Of a DNA stretch of 64,000 nucleotides, positions 34,220 through 46,989 are shown in pieces (position 1 is the stretch's first letter; every line of letters starts with the position of its first letter). The position numbers and the translations under genes are program-made. The stretch covers positions 98,394,001 through 98,458,000 of the forward strand of contig OZ024744.1 in the NCBI GenBank assembly GCA_964016885.1, given 5' to 3'. Source of the stretch: Eledone cirrhosa. Its lineage: Eukaryota. The notes under the pieces are model-generated. The model did no database searches. It was not told where the DNA came from and worked only from the letters and a program-made list of their open reading frames with translations.

Positions 34220-36685
34220 AGAGGCTTTTCAGCAGCACTTTGCTGAACTGTTCGGGAGCAGCGGCGGGCCAGATTGGGGTATGGACTTCAGTGCATACCT
34301 CGACGGATTGCCTCGGCTCTCGACGACCGCAGCACAGGGTTGCAAAAAGCCAATAACAGCCGGTGAAATACGGGAAGCGATGGCTAACTGCATGAGGGGT
34401 AAATTGCCAGGTTTGGATGGTCTGCCCTACGAGCTTTATGCATTTATGCCAGACTTGTTCGGTGACCTCTTGGCAGACGTCTACAACAACTGGCAGCAGA
34501 ACGAGAGCATTCCCAGTTTTGTGAGCTGGGGAGCGGTGACGCTGCTGAGAAAAGACCTGAATAGGGGGATGTTATCGATAACTTCAGGCCCATAACCCTG
34601 CTAAACGCAGAGTTCAAGATTTTTGCCAAGGTGTTACCAACGAGGTTGGCGCTTGTCGTCGAGGGTCTGGTGGGAGAGGTGCAGACATGCGCCATTCCAG
34701 ACAGATCCATACACAACAACCTCGACCTCATGCAATACATCGTAGAGAGGGTGGTTAAGGAACCTGGCACGGGTGGGGCCCTGATCAACTTGGATCAATC
34801 CAAAGCATTCGATAGGGTCGACCATCGGTACCTGGCGGCGGTCCTCAAGGCAGCCGGTTTCGGGCCCGTTTTCAGGGGTTGGATCGCTGCAATGTACAGC
34901 GACATGTGCTCAGTTGTGAGGGTGAACGGTCACCTGTCGCAGCCGTTCAGCATCATGCACTCAGTCCGCCAGGGTTGTCCCCTCTCATCCCTCTTGTACG
35001 TATTGGCTCTCGAGCCGTTACTGCACAAACTGGGAGCGATGAGGGGTGTCCCACGCGAACTAGGATGCGGGAAATCCGAGTCGGCTGACACTGACGACGT
35101 CACCGTGGTGGTGTCGAGTACCAGACACGTCCAGATGCTCGGCACCGCTCTCAAGGAATACGAAGTAGTGACAGGAGCAAAGATAAACCAGGAAAAGTCG
35201 GTGGGCTTGCAGCTCGGCACCTGGAGAGGCAAGTCCATGCCATCCGACGTCGTGGGGCGTTGGACGGACTGGTTAAATTGCTTGGGGTCTGGTTCAGACT
35301 GGACCTCCAGATGGAGAAAAACTGGAATGAGGTGACCTCCCTCACCCAGAAATGGGGCGAGAGGAAGCTGTCCCTGAAAGGCCGGGCGGAGGTGGTGAAT
35401 GTGTACATTGCATCCATCATCTGCTACCACCTCACTGTCGTCCCTTGCCTCAGCCCAACTCTCACTAAAATGGAGCGCCTCCTCTTCCGCTTTTTGTGGA
35501 AGAGACGCGCTCTCATGGTCAGACAATCCATCTGCTGTCAACACCCGTTGCGTGGAGGACTGGGCATGCCATGGCTGATGATGCGAAAACATGCGATGAG
35601 GCTGCGACATCTCTGGTGCTTCCTTGATGGTGAACAGGTGTGGTCGCTGTTCGCCAGGCACATTTTCCCACAGTTCGTCTCCTTGACGGAGCTGCAGTCC
35701 TGGGTCAGGAAAAGACCAAGGGATAGCGCTTGGAAACTGGAATGTCTCCAGGCGTTCACTGCCCTCTGCCAGCTGGGCACCAGTATTGGTGGAACATCCA
35801 CCTCGGCGTTCTATAGAGGACCAGTGGAGGGGAAGAGCGATGACGTTCTCGGAGAGATCCTGGGCATCGAAGAAGATCAGCTCTTTGCTCTCTTCCGGAG
35901 AACTTTCAGCCCAAGGCCTATGGATAACTTCCAAAAATCCCTGGCCTGGCAGTGTTACCGGGAAGCGTTGCCGGTTCGAGATAAGCTCTACAGGCACAGA
36001 AGTGCCGTCAGCCGAGCCTGTCCGAGATGCGCGCAGAGCGACGAAACCGTCGTGCACGCACTCGTTCAGTGTCCGAGCATTGCTGACTTGTGGAGTTGTC
36101 GAACAGTTGCTGTCGCGTGTGGGACTGATCCGGTTATCGAATGAGTCCATTGTGCAGATGGTCTCGTCGTCTTCCTTCGAGTAGGAAGGGCAGGCGGTTT
36201 TCATCTGCCTGGTGGCCATGGCAAAAGAGATTGTGTGTTGGACAAGGTTGAAAGAGTTAAAGACAGACACTTTCCTCTTTGGCGAATCCCTAATTAACTT
36301 TTTCAAGTTTCACTTGAAGAGGAAAACCAGGGTGGAGAGGCAAGTGCTGCCTTCTAGCTAGTTTGTTGAAAGGTGGGTGAATGTAGCGAGAATATACGCC
36401 TGTAGTTTGAGAGAGGGCGCTTGCCTTGGTGGTCAGGGTGGCCGTGGTCTTTTGTGTGGTTTTTCGCCACGAGTAACCCTCGGAGGTTTCCCCCTATTGG
36501 GGAATTTTTCATTGTTTCAATTTTCATTTTTATTGTTTATATATGTTTCTATGTCTTTTTCTCTTTCTTTTCTTATATAAATAATAAAACTCTTTACAGG
36601 CACACAACCCCCATCGTTCCGTCCTGTGCCGTCTGTAATGTTTTTCTTGATGTCAGCCCTTGTGGCCAATAAAGAAATCATTATT
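34220..36685 (+). mobile_element. Tx1/L1-clade LINE, 5'-truncated ORF2, frameshifted
   Basis: PGLDGLPYELY, DQSKAFDRVDH, RQGCPLS, degenerate YADD (DTDD), 'CPRCAQSDETVVHALVQC'; AATAAA at ~36668. Confidence 0.93.
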
Positions 36686-36936
36686 TTTTTGTTTTAATGA
36701 TATAATATATATCATTAATTATTGGAAATCTCTCCGAGGTTAACTTTGCTTTTCATCCTTATGGGGTCGATAAAATAAAGTACCAGTAATACGCTGGGAT
36801 AATTGCTGGCCTTGTGCCAAATGTAGAAGCAATTAATTATAATATATAATAGTAATAATATAATTTTCTAATAATAATAATAATATAATTTTCGTTTTGG
36901 TAGGGGGTGACAAGATTTTCGGAGGTTGTCATAGAC

Positions 36937-37090
36937 CAGGGGCGTGCAACAGGCGGCTCGCGATCCACAGTCCGGCCCACCAGACCAATCAGAGTGGCCC
37001 GCGATGACCGTTTTTAATTTTTACCTTGTAGGTTTATTTAGAATGTTTTTTGTAACCGTAATACAATTTTCTGTTAGTTGACCTATACTA
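36937..37090 (+). mobile_element. hAT-type terminal fragment
   Basis: caggggcgtgcaac...gcggctcgcg...ccggccc...tggcccgcg resembles hAT/Charlie ends; no partner TIR found. Confidence 0.55.
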
Positions 37091-37100
37091 AAGGGCTTCA

Positions 37101-38022
37101 CTGATAGGGTTATGTGTGTTATAATTTCCCAGTTCCATGTGGTGAATCTTTGGAATAGTGTTTAATAAATATTAATGGCCCTAATAGTTGTTCTAATAGG
37201 GTTATGTGTGTTATAATTTCCCAGTTACATGTTATGGAAAGTTGCGGTGAATCTTTGGAATAGTGCTTAATAAATATTAATGGCCCTAATAGTTGTTCTG
37301 ATAGGGTTATGTGTGTTATAATTTCCCAGTTCCATGTTATGGAAAGTTGCGGTGAATCTTTGGAATAGTGCTTAATAAATATTAATGGCCCTAATAGTTG
37401 TTCTGATAGGGTTATGTGTGTTATAATTTCCCAGTTCCATGTTATGGAAAGTTGCGGTGAATCTTTGGAATAGTGCTTAATAAATATTAATGGCCCTAAT
37501 AGTTGTTCTGATAGGGTTATGTGTTATAATTTCCCAGTTCCATGCTATGGAAAGTTGCGGTGAATCTTTGGAATAGTGCTTAATAAATATTAATGGCTCT
37601 AATAGTTGTTCTGATAGGGTTATGTGTTATAATTTCCCAGTTCCATGTTATGGAAAGTTGCGGTGAATCTTTGGAATAGTGCTTAATAAATATTAATGGC
37701 CCTAATAGTTGTTCTGATAGGGTTATGTGTGTTATAATTTCCCAGTTACATGTTATGGAAAGAAGTTGTGGTGAATCTTTGGAATAGTGTTTAATAAATA
37801 TTAATGGCCCTAATAGTTGTTCTGATAGGGTTATAAATGTGTGTTATAATTTCCCAGTTCCATGTTGTGGAAAGAAATTGTGGTGAACCTTTGGAATAGT
37901 GTTTAATAAATATTACTGACCCTAATAGTTGTTGTGAGTGGGTTATGTGTGTTATAATTTCCCAGTTCCATGTTATGGAAAGAAGTTGTGGTGTATCTTT
38001 GGAATAGTACGTAATAAATATT
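37101..38022. repeat. ~105-bp minisatellite (~9 copies)
   Basis: Unit ctgatagggttatgtgtgttataatttcccag...ccctaatagttgtt, e.g. at 37298 and 37403. Confidence 0.96.
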
Positions 38023-38660
38023 ATATTATATTGCCAATAAACATTAACCCTTTGTGTGCCATTCATCTAACTGTAGACCAACAAATACCAACTAAATGGA
38101 GCGTTGACAACAACGATGGAGAATGAATCTTCGAGGTAAGGAGTTTCCTCCCGAGCTGTTAGTTCACGCGGGATTCTCTGCTATGCCTTTCCGTAATAAT
38201 ACCGAACAACGTACTGCTGGTCACTCCTTCCTCCAAAAGCCATACAAAGTGGGCATGTGCATTGGGCAGATGGATCGGGTGCAAATCTACACCAGGCCTA
38301 CGCGAGAAATTCGCAAGGGACTGCACCGAGCGGGATAGAGAGAAAGAGTAACTTAGTGGAAAGAGTGCGAATGAACTTTTGAGGTAAGTAGCCTACGCCT
38401 TACTGCTATGACGCCCTCTGCCAACTTAACCTGTGACTTTCTCTTTCACATTTACTACAATAGTCCAAAACAGAGGAGTATGAAAAGAAGGGGCTCAACA
38501 ATATTTCTAAGAACAATGCACATAGACAGCTAAACTGTACTTTCAACTTCTTAATTTTCTCCAAATAAAACAAGTTTCCTGTCGGTATATTTTCGTGAAT
38601 TTTTAACAGGCACTCACAAATAAACGTTTCTCATTGGAGGTGCTATTACCAATGTTCTTA

Positions 38661-38687
38661 CCCGTGCAACGCCGGGATACACAGCTA

Positions 38688-38688
<1 letters not shown>
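38661..38688 (+). mobile_element. Helitron 3' terminus
   Basis: Hairpin cccgtgcaacgccggg then CTAG|T; same motif as 24837-24863. Confidence 0.65.
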
Positions 38689-38729
<41 letters not shown>

Positions 38730-38780
38730 GGAAACTACCCCCCGTTCGTGCTTTCCTCTTATATATATATATATATATAT

Positions 38781-38862
38781 ATAGTTATGTAATAAACAAC
38801 ATAAGGCAATTATTCCATTTGTAAATGGAATAATTGCCTTATGTTGTTTATTACATAACTAT
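38781..38862. repeat. Perfect palindrome, 40-bp arms, 2-nt spacer
   Basis: atagttatgtaataaac...ccattt-gt-aaatgg...ttacataactat. Confidence 0.95.
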
Positions 38863-38926
38863 TAAGCTCTGTTACCTACATAGAGCACTCTTTTTTCCTG
38901 GACTTTTCCGACGGAATTACTTCATT

Positions 38927-38964
<38 letters not shown>

Positions 38965-38968
<4 letters not shown>

Positions 38969-39605
38969 AGGAAAGAACGAATGAGCAGTAGTTTCCCTTC
39001 ATCAGTTGTCTTCTGGAGGGCATTAAAGACAATATGTCTACCTCCAGTGCGTCAATAACTATAGGAAGTTATTGGGGGAACATGAGAGTGAAATAAATAT
39101 AACAGAAGGGAAAAAAGAAAGAAAAAAAAAACCGGAAAAAAACATACCGAAGAGGGAAACACGAGAAACGCGCGTAGTAGCAACAGAAGAGAAAGAAAAG
39201 CCGTCAACATCAGCTACTGGACTTAAGAACGAGGCTGAATAGATGGTGAAACAGGGAGCGAAAAAAACAGGTCTGACCTCCACAAGATTAGAAAAACAAG
39301 AGGCAGAGTCGAGAGAAACAGCGGAAGTAGAGAGGGAGAAAGGGAAAAAAAGAAAGAGAAGGGAAGACTTAATAGCGACAAAATAGATAAGGAGAAAGAG
39401 AGAAAAGTCACAGCAAATAAATTTTGTGAAGGAACAGGGACCGTGTTGTTGTAGCTGGATAAAGTGTATTTATAAATAAGAGGAAAGCACGAACGGGGGG
39501 AGGAGGTAATTTCCCTTTCATCAGTTGTCTTCTGGAGGTCATGGACATTTCTACGCATTAAAGACAAGATGCCTAGCTCTAGTGCGTCAATAACTAAAGG
39601 AAGTA
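38965..39605 (-). repeat. Penelope-type pseudo-LTR with terminal direct repeat (~38965-39068 / ~39478-39605)
   Basis: Duplicated ttcatcagttgtcttctggagg...gtgcgtcaataact; flanked by (TA)n. Confidence 0.65.
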
Positions 39606-40242
39606 TATATATATGATATATATATATATCAAGTGAGGTTGTTTGGTTGTTGTGAAAGAGGATGATAAACACAACAAATACCAATAATTCTGGTTGGATA
39701 TATGACTTTACTTCACTTCAGCAAAAAGGAAAAAAGCATATGATTACTTCAGATTGCAAATATAAAGTTTGATTGCAGTATTCACAAATTAATATAGTGT
39801 TCAAAAAGGCTTCTGAGATGTTCTCTTAAAAAGAGACAAGTTGTAGTAAGATAGTATGTACCAGCATAGGTAGTAGTAAGCTCGCAGTGGCAAGAAAGCT
39901 GTGTTGTCTAAGACAACAAGAGGCAGATGAGTGAGTGTGGTTGAAGTGCCAATGGAAGAATTGCTGTCGTGCCCTTGTTGAGAAGGCCGGAGTTTTTATC
40001 TTTCGATTTTTTTTTTTTTTGTTAAGTGCTACATCTCGCTACTTGCTTGAGCAACTCGAAGTGATCCTTCTTTTCCGGGGAGCCAGAGTCGATGGACTCA
40101 ATGAAAAACTTATCTCATTTAACATCAAATTGGCCAGCCTCTCCAGCCACTGACGCTGAGATAAAGAGAAACAGCAACCAGATGTTCGGGGACCAGTATG
40201 TGCGAAGAGATTTCGCTACATGTATGTATATATATATATATA

Positions 40243-41533
40243 CGAGGGGGGATCAAAAAGTTCGCGGAATTTTTCAGAAAATAATCTATTTTTCAAAAAA
40301 TATGATTTACCTTCAATTTATTTTTCTACATAGTTGCCATCCAGGTCAATACACTTCACAAGGCGATGCTTCCAGCTTCGTAAGCCATCTCTAAAGAAAG
40401 TTGAAGGCCTTGTTCGAAGCCATGTATTGGCAGTGTTTTTAGCTTCTTCAACACCACTAAAACGGGTTCCTTTTAGCATTTCTTTGAGTTTTGGAAAGAG
40501 GAAAAAGTCTGATGGGACTAAATCTGGACTATAAAGTGGGCGAGGAAGCACTTCCCATCGAAATTCTCGAAGAACTTTTTTTGCAACCCGCGCTGGTGCA
40601 TTGTCATGGTGAAACAAGATCCCACCATGAAGTTTCCCTTTTCGTTTCTTGACTAATGCCTCTTTCAGCTTCCTTAAAACATTTGCATAGTAAGCTCCTG
40701 TCACAGTTCTTTGACCTTCAAAATAATCTATAAGTATCACCCCATCTGAATCCCAGAAAATGGTGGCCATCACTTTTTTTATCCGACTTTTGAGATTTGA
40801 ACTTGATTGGCCCTGATGATCCACGTGGAAGCCACTGTTTTAACTGCTGTTTGGATTCAGGATCATACTGGTAGATCCAGGTTTCATCTCCGGTGATGAT
40901 TCTGGTCAGGAAATGCTCTTCATCAACTTCAATTTTGTTTAATATCACCAAAGACAGATCACCTCGAAGAATCAGCTGATCAGGGCGCAACGCTTTTGGG
41001 ACCCATCGCACTGAAAGCTTGCTTAGTCCCAAATTATCATGCAGAATTGAATTTGCCGAACCATATGAAATGTCTAGGGACTTAGCTAACTGATTAACTG
41101 TTATTCTTCGATCTTCTTCAATTAAAGTCTGAGCAGCCTCAACGTTTTGGTCATGTTTTGATGTTCCTAGTCTTCCACTGTGATGGTCGTCTCTCCCTTG
41201 TTTGAATCGCTGAATCCACTTGTAGACAGCAGTTTTCTTTGGAGGAGTAGTACCGTAAACTTTAACTAAAGCCTCCATAATCTGTGTCCCTTTCCATTTG
41301 AGTTTCACCAGAAACTTGATATTCGATCTTATAAAATAACTATTTTCCATTGTTCCAAAAAGAGGTTTTTTAAAGAGTGTCAGTACTGTACAATAGTCTG
41401 CGCATAACTGACTGCAAGTGACTAATAGCAAGGTAAACACCCAGTGACACTGTTCTGACATGTTTAATATTGTTTTAACCTGATTTTTTTTCTTGCTACG
41501 ATAAAATTCCGCGAACCTTTTGATCCCCCCTCA
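40243..41533 (-). mobile_element. Full-length mariner (DD34D-type) transposon; transposase split by a frameshift
   Basis: TIRs cgaggggggatcaaaaagttcgcggaattt / aaattccgcgaacctttt...cccctca, TA flanks; WVPKAL, TGDETW, HHDNAP, YSPDLVPSDFFLF. Confidence 0.96.
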
Positions 41534-41579
41534 TATATATGTGTGTGGGTATGTGTGTGTGTGTGTATATATATACATA

Positions 41580-42115
41580 TATAATTGAATATAAAAGAGA
41601 GATAAACGCAGATATATACATATATGTGTTCAAATCGTAAGGGACCAGATTCGCTAGGCTGAAAAAAATACTAACTATGAACAATAGGGTTTGCCAGACT
41701 CAATTTAAAATAATAAATCAAGAAAATAAATACAAACTGATATTGGGGCAACTGCCAGACACCCAGACAGCTGTTTCGCAATTTTAGTGAAAGGGAATTA
41801 CCAATTCTTTTGCTCATCAGTGGGTTAAAATTAGTAAACCCTTCACTTCTAAGTATTTCAAAAGACTGAATAGTGTGCGTATATAAAATAACGCACATGG
41901 CATCAGAACCTAGCGTGTCTCATAAATGTATACTACTAAAAATAGCAGCCAAGTTTATTCGACATTTAAATTAGCTCTACATATTGAAGGAGCCGAATAT
42001 ATCAAAGGTATATATTGAGTTAGAAACTCAAAATAGTCTCTTACAATTAAATAGCTCAAGGAAAGAGATTTTTTCCAAGCCGTGTAGTATAATTGAATAT
42101 AAAAGAGAGATAAAC
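41580..42115 (-). mobile_element. ~508-bp unit with 28-bp terminal direct repeats carrying a hammerhead ribozyme (PLE pseudo-LTR / retrozyme-like)
   Basis: tataattgaatataaaagagagataaac at 41580 and 42088; hammerhead inside. Confidence 0.7.
41761..41825 (-). ncRNA. Type I hammerhead ribozyme with canonical core and GUC cleavage triplet
   Basis: accca CUGAUGA GCAA-(long loop)-UUGC GAA A-cagcug-U C ugggu: 5-bp stem I, G10.1-C11.1 stem II, palindromic stem III. Confidence 0.85.
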
Positions 42116-42134
42116 ATATGCCTGCATGTATGTA

Positions 42135-42595
42135 TGGCAAGCTTTGTGAGGGTAAGAGTCCACCTCACAAGCTAAGGGTCCGATTCAAGGATTGTGTAAA
42201 GGACTCATTGAAAAAAAACTGCTTTGATGATGGCTGACTGGGAGATAGAAGCTCTTGAAAGTGAAACTTGGCGTGGAATGGTGAATGATGGGGTCCATAA
42301 TTTTGAGGACAGCCGCATAGAGCACGAGAAGATGAAACGGGATGTGCGTAAGCAATGCCCTGGTGTAGCTCTCGAAACGATCGGTGTCTCCCTTGAATTG
42401 AAGTGCCCCGAGTGTGGAAAAATTTGCTTGAGCACATCTGATCTCAGGAGTCACAGTCACAGCGGTGTTTTGAGGATTCACGGGCAACCTGATGCAGGAC
42501 CTCAAGCCAGGGAGATCCGTAGTTGTTGTCAGTATGTGAAGGAGTGCAAGTCTCTAGCAGGCTTGAAAAGCCATATCCGAGTGTCACACATCTGA
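42135..42595 (+). pseudogene. Duplicated 3' end of a BovB/RTE-like LINE with C2H2-like fingers
   Basis: Near copy of 44137-44520; 'CPECGKICLSTSDLRSH', 'CKSLAGLKSHIRVSH'. Confidence 0.85.
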
Positions 42596-42687
42596 ATCTG
42601 ACAAGCGATTACAATACTCTTGGCAGAGTTTGCAGCCATCATGTATGTATGTATGTATGTATGTATGTATGTATGTATGTATGTATA

Positions 42688-44522
42688 TGTGATGAGTTCA
42701 TCCGGTCGATTCCATCCAGACCTACAAAGCTGGCTATGGCTGATCCTCCTTCATTTGATAAGGTGGCGAAGGCCATTGCCAAATTAAACAGCGGCAAGTC
42801 ACCTGGAATGGATGGACTGAGTGCCGAGATTTTCAAGTGTGCTGGTGATAACTTCTTAAACTGCCTCACTGATCTCTTTGTGAATGTTTAGAATGAAGAT
42901 GATGTGCCACAGGATTGGAAAGATGCATTGATGGTGGAACTTTACAAAGGAAAGGGAGCCAAAGATGACTGTGGCAACTACAGAGGTATTTCACTGATAT
43001 CTGTGGCTGGGAAGATCTTGTGCAGGATATTGTTGGACAGATTGATACAGCACATTGCTGTTGGGGTACTTCCTGAGTCCTAATGTGGCTTTAGGAATGG
43101 CTAAGGCACTGTTGACATGGTCTTCTCGGCTAAACAACTTCAAGAGAAATGCATTGAGCAGCGCATGGACTTATACCAAGTTTTTGTCGATCTGACCAAG
43201 GCACTTGACACTATTAATCGGAAGGCTTTGTGGGTTATTTTGGAGAGATTGGACTGTCCTGAAAAAGTTTGTGAACATTCTGAAACTCTTCCACGTTGTC
43301 ATGCAGACATGGGTGAATGTTGGAGGTAAACTGTCTGAGCCAATCTTGGTTGAAAATGGTGTCAAGCAGGGTGATATACTTGCACCAACTTTGTTTGCCT
43401 TGTATTTCTCAATGGTGTTCTTCATGGCCTTCAAGGATTGTCAACACGGTATCTATCTGAGATATCGCACTTCCGGCAAGCTGCTTAACCTTAGGCGTCT
43501 CACTGCCAACACTAAGGTACTGAGTGCCTTGATCTGAAAATTTTTATATGCAGATGATTGTGATCTCTTTGCACACTCCCCGAGTGACATGCAACACCTT
43601 ATGGATTCTTTTTCCAATGCGTACAGTGCTTTGGGACTGACAATCAGTCTGAAGAAGACTGTCGTCATGTACCAACCTGCTCCGGATAAAGTTTTCAATG
43701 AACCCTCCATATACGTATACAGTCAAAAGCTGAAGGTTGCTGACACATTTGTGTATTTGGGGAGTACTCTGAGTGTGGCCTGCTCTCTGAATGCAGAAGT
43801 TGGTCTATGTGTTAGTAAGGCAAGCGAGTCATTTGGAAGGCTCAACGACCATCTTTGGTGCAAGCGAGGAATCACAATGAGGACCAAGGTGAGAGTGTAT
43901 GCTGCATGTGTACTGTCAGCTTTGCTGTATGCATGTGAGACATAGGTTGCCTACAAACAGTATATCCACAGACTGGAACGGTTTCACCAGCAGTGTCTCA
44001 GAAAGATGCTCGGTATCAAGTGGCAGATGCATGTGATTGATGTTGAGGTCCTTGAGAGAAGTGAGTGTCGGAGCATTGAGAGTACCATCCACCTCTGCAG
44101 AATGGAGGATGATCGAATCCCAAAACAACTCTTGTATGGCGAGCTTTGTGAGGGTAAGAGACCACCTCACAAGCCAAGGCTCCGATTCAAGGATTGTGTA
44201 AAGGACTCATTGAAAAAAAACTGGTTTGATGATGGCTGACTGGGAGATAGAAGCTCTTGAAAGAGAAACTTGGCGTGGAATGATGAATGATGGGGTCCAT
44301 AATTTTGAGGACAGACGCATAGAGTACGAGAATGTGCGTAAGCAATGCTCTGGTGTATCTCTCGAAACGATCGGTGTCTCCATTGAATTGAAGTGCCCTG
44401 AGTGTGGAAAAGTTTGCTTGAGTAAATCTGGTCTCAGGAGCCACAGTCGCAGCCATGTTCAAAGAGAACCAGTGAACTATGATCTCCACGGTGTTGTGAG
44501 GATTCACGGGCAACCTGATGTA
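42688..44522 (+). mobile_element. BovB/RTE-like LINE, 5'-truncated, with stops and frameshifts
   Basis: KSPGMDGLSAE, FVDLTKA, GVKQGDILAPTLF, YADD, 'DRIPKQLLYGEL...KPRLRFKD'. Confidence 0.92.
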
Positions 44523-45102
44523 GGATGTATGTATGGTTTTTTTTTTTGCCTTTTGTCCTGCGGGGTGTCCAAAATCCCCCTCCTCACTAAGTAAACTTGG
44601 TGGGGTTGCTGGTTTAGTCGCCGACGACTCGACCATGCGACAGGTTGTACTGGGTTACATGTTACCAGTAGCACTCAAGAGTGACCCGACATAAGGCGGA
44701 AGAACTCATAAGAGTCAACGGCTATCCAAAAGTGTGTAAATATGTATATACACATGTACATTCCTCACTTTAAAAATATCTTCACGCACAGGCACGATAG
44801 AATTAATTAATAATTATTAATATTGGTATATCGTGCAATGGCCATACTCGATAACGAGGGGGTAGCCATCATGCATGCATTTATGTATGTATGTATGTAT
44901 ATATGTATGATTGAATGAATGAAATAAAAATAGCGTAGACATTACAATACAATAGGAGGGAACATAATAATAGTACCACTGATGATGTTGCCGATGTGCA
45001 ACGAAAGAACTTTGATATAAATATATATATATATTTATATCTGTATTTTTAACTGCTGGTCAATCAATGATAAACATTGATTGCCAAATGAATTAACTAT
45101 GG

Positions 45103-45143
<41 letters not shown>

Positions 45144-45261
45144 ATTCACCTCTTTCCTGCTGTCGTTTAGTCAAAACATCCGTTTATTTACTTTAGAAAG
45201 CAAAACAAATACCTTGTCCGAAGAGAAGCATTTCTAAGACCCACTGAAATGCCAAGATATA

Positions 45262-45462
45262 CGAGGATCAACTGAAAAGTTCATAGGCTGATTATGAAAG
45301 AGTAATGCTAGGGCTGTGAAATCTTGCATGCATTAAATCCAACTCTTCGTATTAATAAGTGCAATGTTTCTTTCTAGGAGGGACTATTTTGAAAAATAAA
45401 CCTCATTTGGTCATTCCACGAGAGTATCATGGTTTGTCTATGAACTTTTCAACTGACCTCTG
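45262..45462. mobile_element. Mariner-derived MITE (related copy ~51620-51775)
   Basis: TIRs cgaggatcaactgaaaagttcatag / ctatgaacttttcaactgacctc, TA flanks. Confidence 0.85.
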
Positions 45463-46263
45463 TATACTCAGTCAAACGTCTAGAGTGGCACCCTAACGAT
45501 TGGCTACACCAGATACAGGGGACCACGATTATTAAAAATTGATACGTAGCAAAACACAGGCGGAAATTGACCAAAAATACATGAAAATAAGAGGCATAAT
45601 ACTTTCATTGCTATCAACGTTCACTGCACCAAAATCGTTGACATAAATTAGATGACATCCTTTTCATTGGGCTTACCGTCAATATTATACAATTTTTCAT
45701 TATTTTTCGTTTCATTTAAGCTTCAGCATATATTTTACTGTACATTAATTATATTTTATACAAACACAATTTATATTAAATTTCTATTATATTTCAATAA
45801 ACAATTTTTATAATAAATATAATTTTCAATGTCTATTATATTTATAATAATCAATTATCAACAAAACAATCGAATGCATGATTTAAAAAAAAAAATTTCA
45901 ACTACTCTACGTTTATGGAGCTACAATAAAAAAAAAAAGAGGAAAGTATTTAATGAAAATATCAACGAACAAAATATACATACTGTAATGAATGAAAGGA
46001 ATGTATTCAATAAAATGATTTGCTTTATTATATCAAAATAAACAATGTACATTTTACGTCAAACAAATACGCTAACAATATAGAAAGCTTAAAATTACAA
46101 ACACAAATGTCATAACTGTCAAACTTAAACACACACAGATATATCTATTACTTGATTATATAAATATTTTACATGAAAATATAGAATCAAAACGACAGAA
46201 ATTATTAAGTCATCGTTAAGTGAGTCAGTCGGTCATACTCCACAAGAGGTATATGAACCTCGC

Positions 46264-46593
46264 TCAAATATTTTTTTTTAGGCAAGCCAAACACACTGGC
46301 AGCATTACAGCGGGGAATGGCGAGGCTAAGGTGCTGGAACAGCCAAGCACCTTCACCTGATACGAGCCGCTGTCAACGGCCCAGCTCTCCCGAACGACTT
46401 GAATGTCACAGGCTGGAAAAAAATAGTTTGTTGACAATTCCTGGTAGTTTAGGATTTTATTCCGTTCAGCTACGAAAGCAGCGGTCCTCACATTTACCTC
46501 ATCATCCAGGATGTGGGAAGGAACAAAAGAGTTACTGACTGTAGCGTCCCAGATGAGATATCTACCTCTTACCCAAGGAAATAAAATAATCAT
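46264..46593 (-). pseudogene. RLE-type (CRE-like) non-LTR retrotransposon C-terminal fragment
   Basis: 'FPWVRGRYLIWDATVSNSF...AAFVAERNKILNYQEL'. Confidence 0.75.
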
Positions 46594-46989
46594 TTTGTAC
46601 GCGTTGACTTAAGTACCGCCAACGGTACTTACCTTTAATATTTGCAGGCAATATATATATATATATATATATTAGTTAATATTTGCAGAGTTTTTGCATC
46701 AATGAACATCAGCCACCAAATACCTTGTATCGTGGGGTCTTGAAGACAGACCTATGAATCTTATGTCACGTTCAATATATTATTGGAAGGTAAAAATAAA
46801 CGATTGTGTTCAAGACGTGTTAATGAACGATTGTTAGATTGGAAAATATTCAATGTAAGTTAGAAAAGGAAACGTTTGATGCGTGTCTGACATTAGACTG
46901 CGGCCATGGGGCATTAGCTTTAAGGGTTTAAGTGAAATTTTTGATATCAAATAAGGGCTGAAATTTTCGTGTTTTCTATGTGATCTATT

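Noticed and set aside
34930-36306. 458-aa antisense ORF
   Set aside because: Shadow of the GC-rich Tx1 ORF2 on the opposite strand; no recognisable domain
38985-39010. CTGATGA-agg-GAAA (minus strand; also ~39505-39530) as a hammerhead
   Set aside because: No stem II and no convincing stem I/III pairing in either copy
44530-44730. HDV-like ribozyme in a structured GC-rich patch after the BovB-like LINE
   Set aside because: Could not fit the nested double pseudoknot by eye; probably a LINE UTR or SINE fragment
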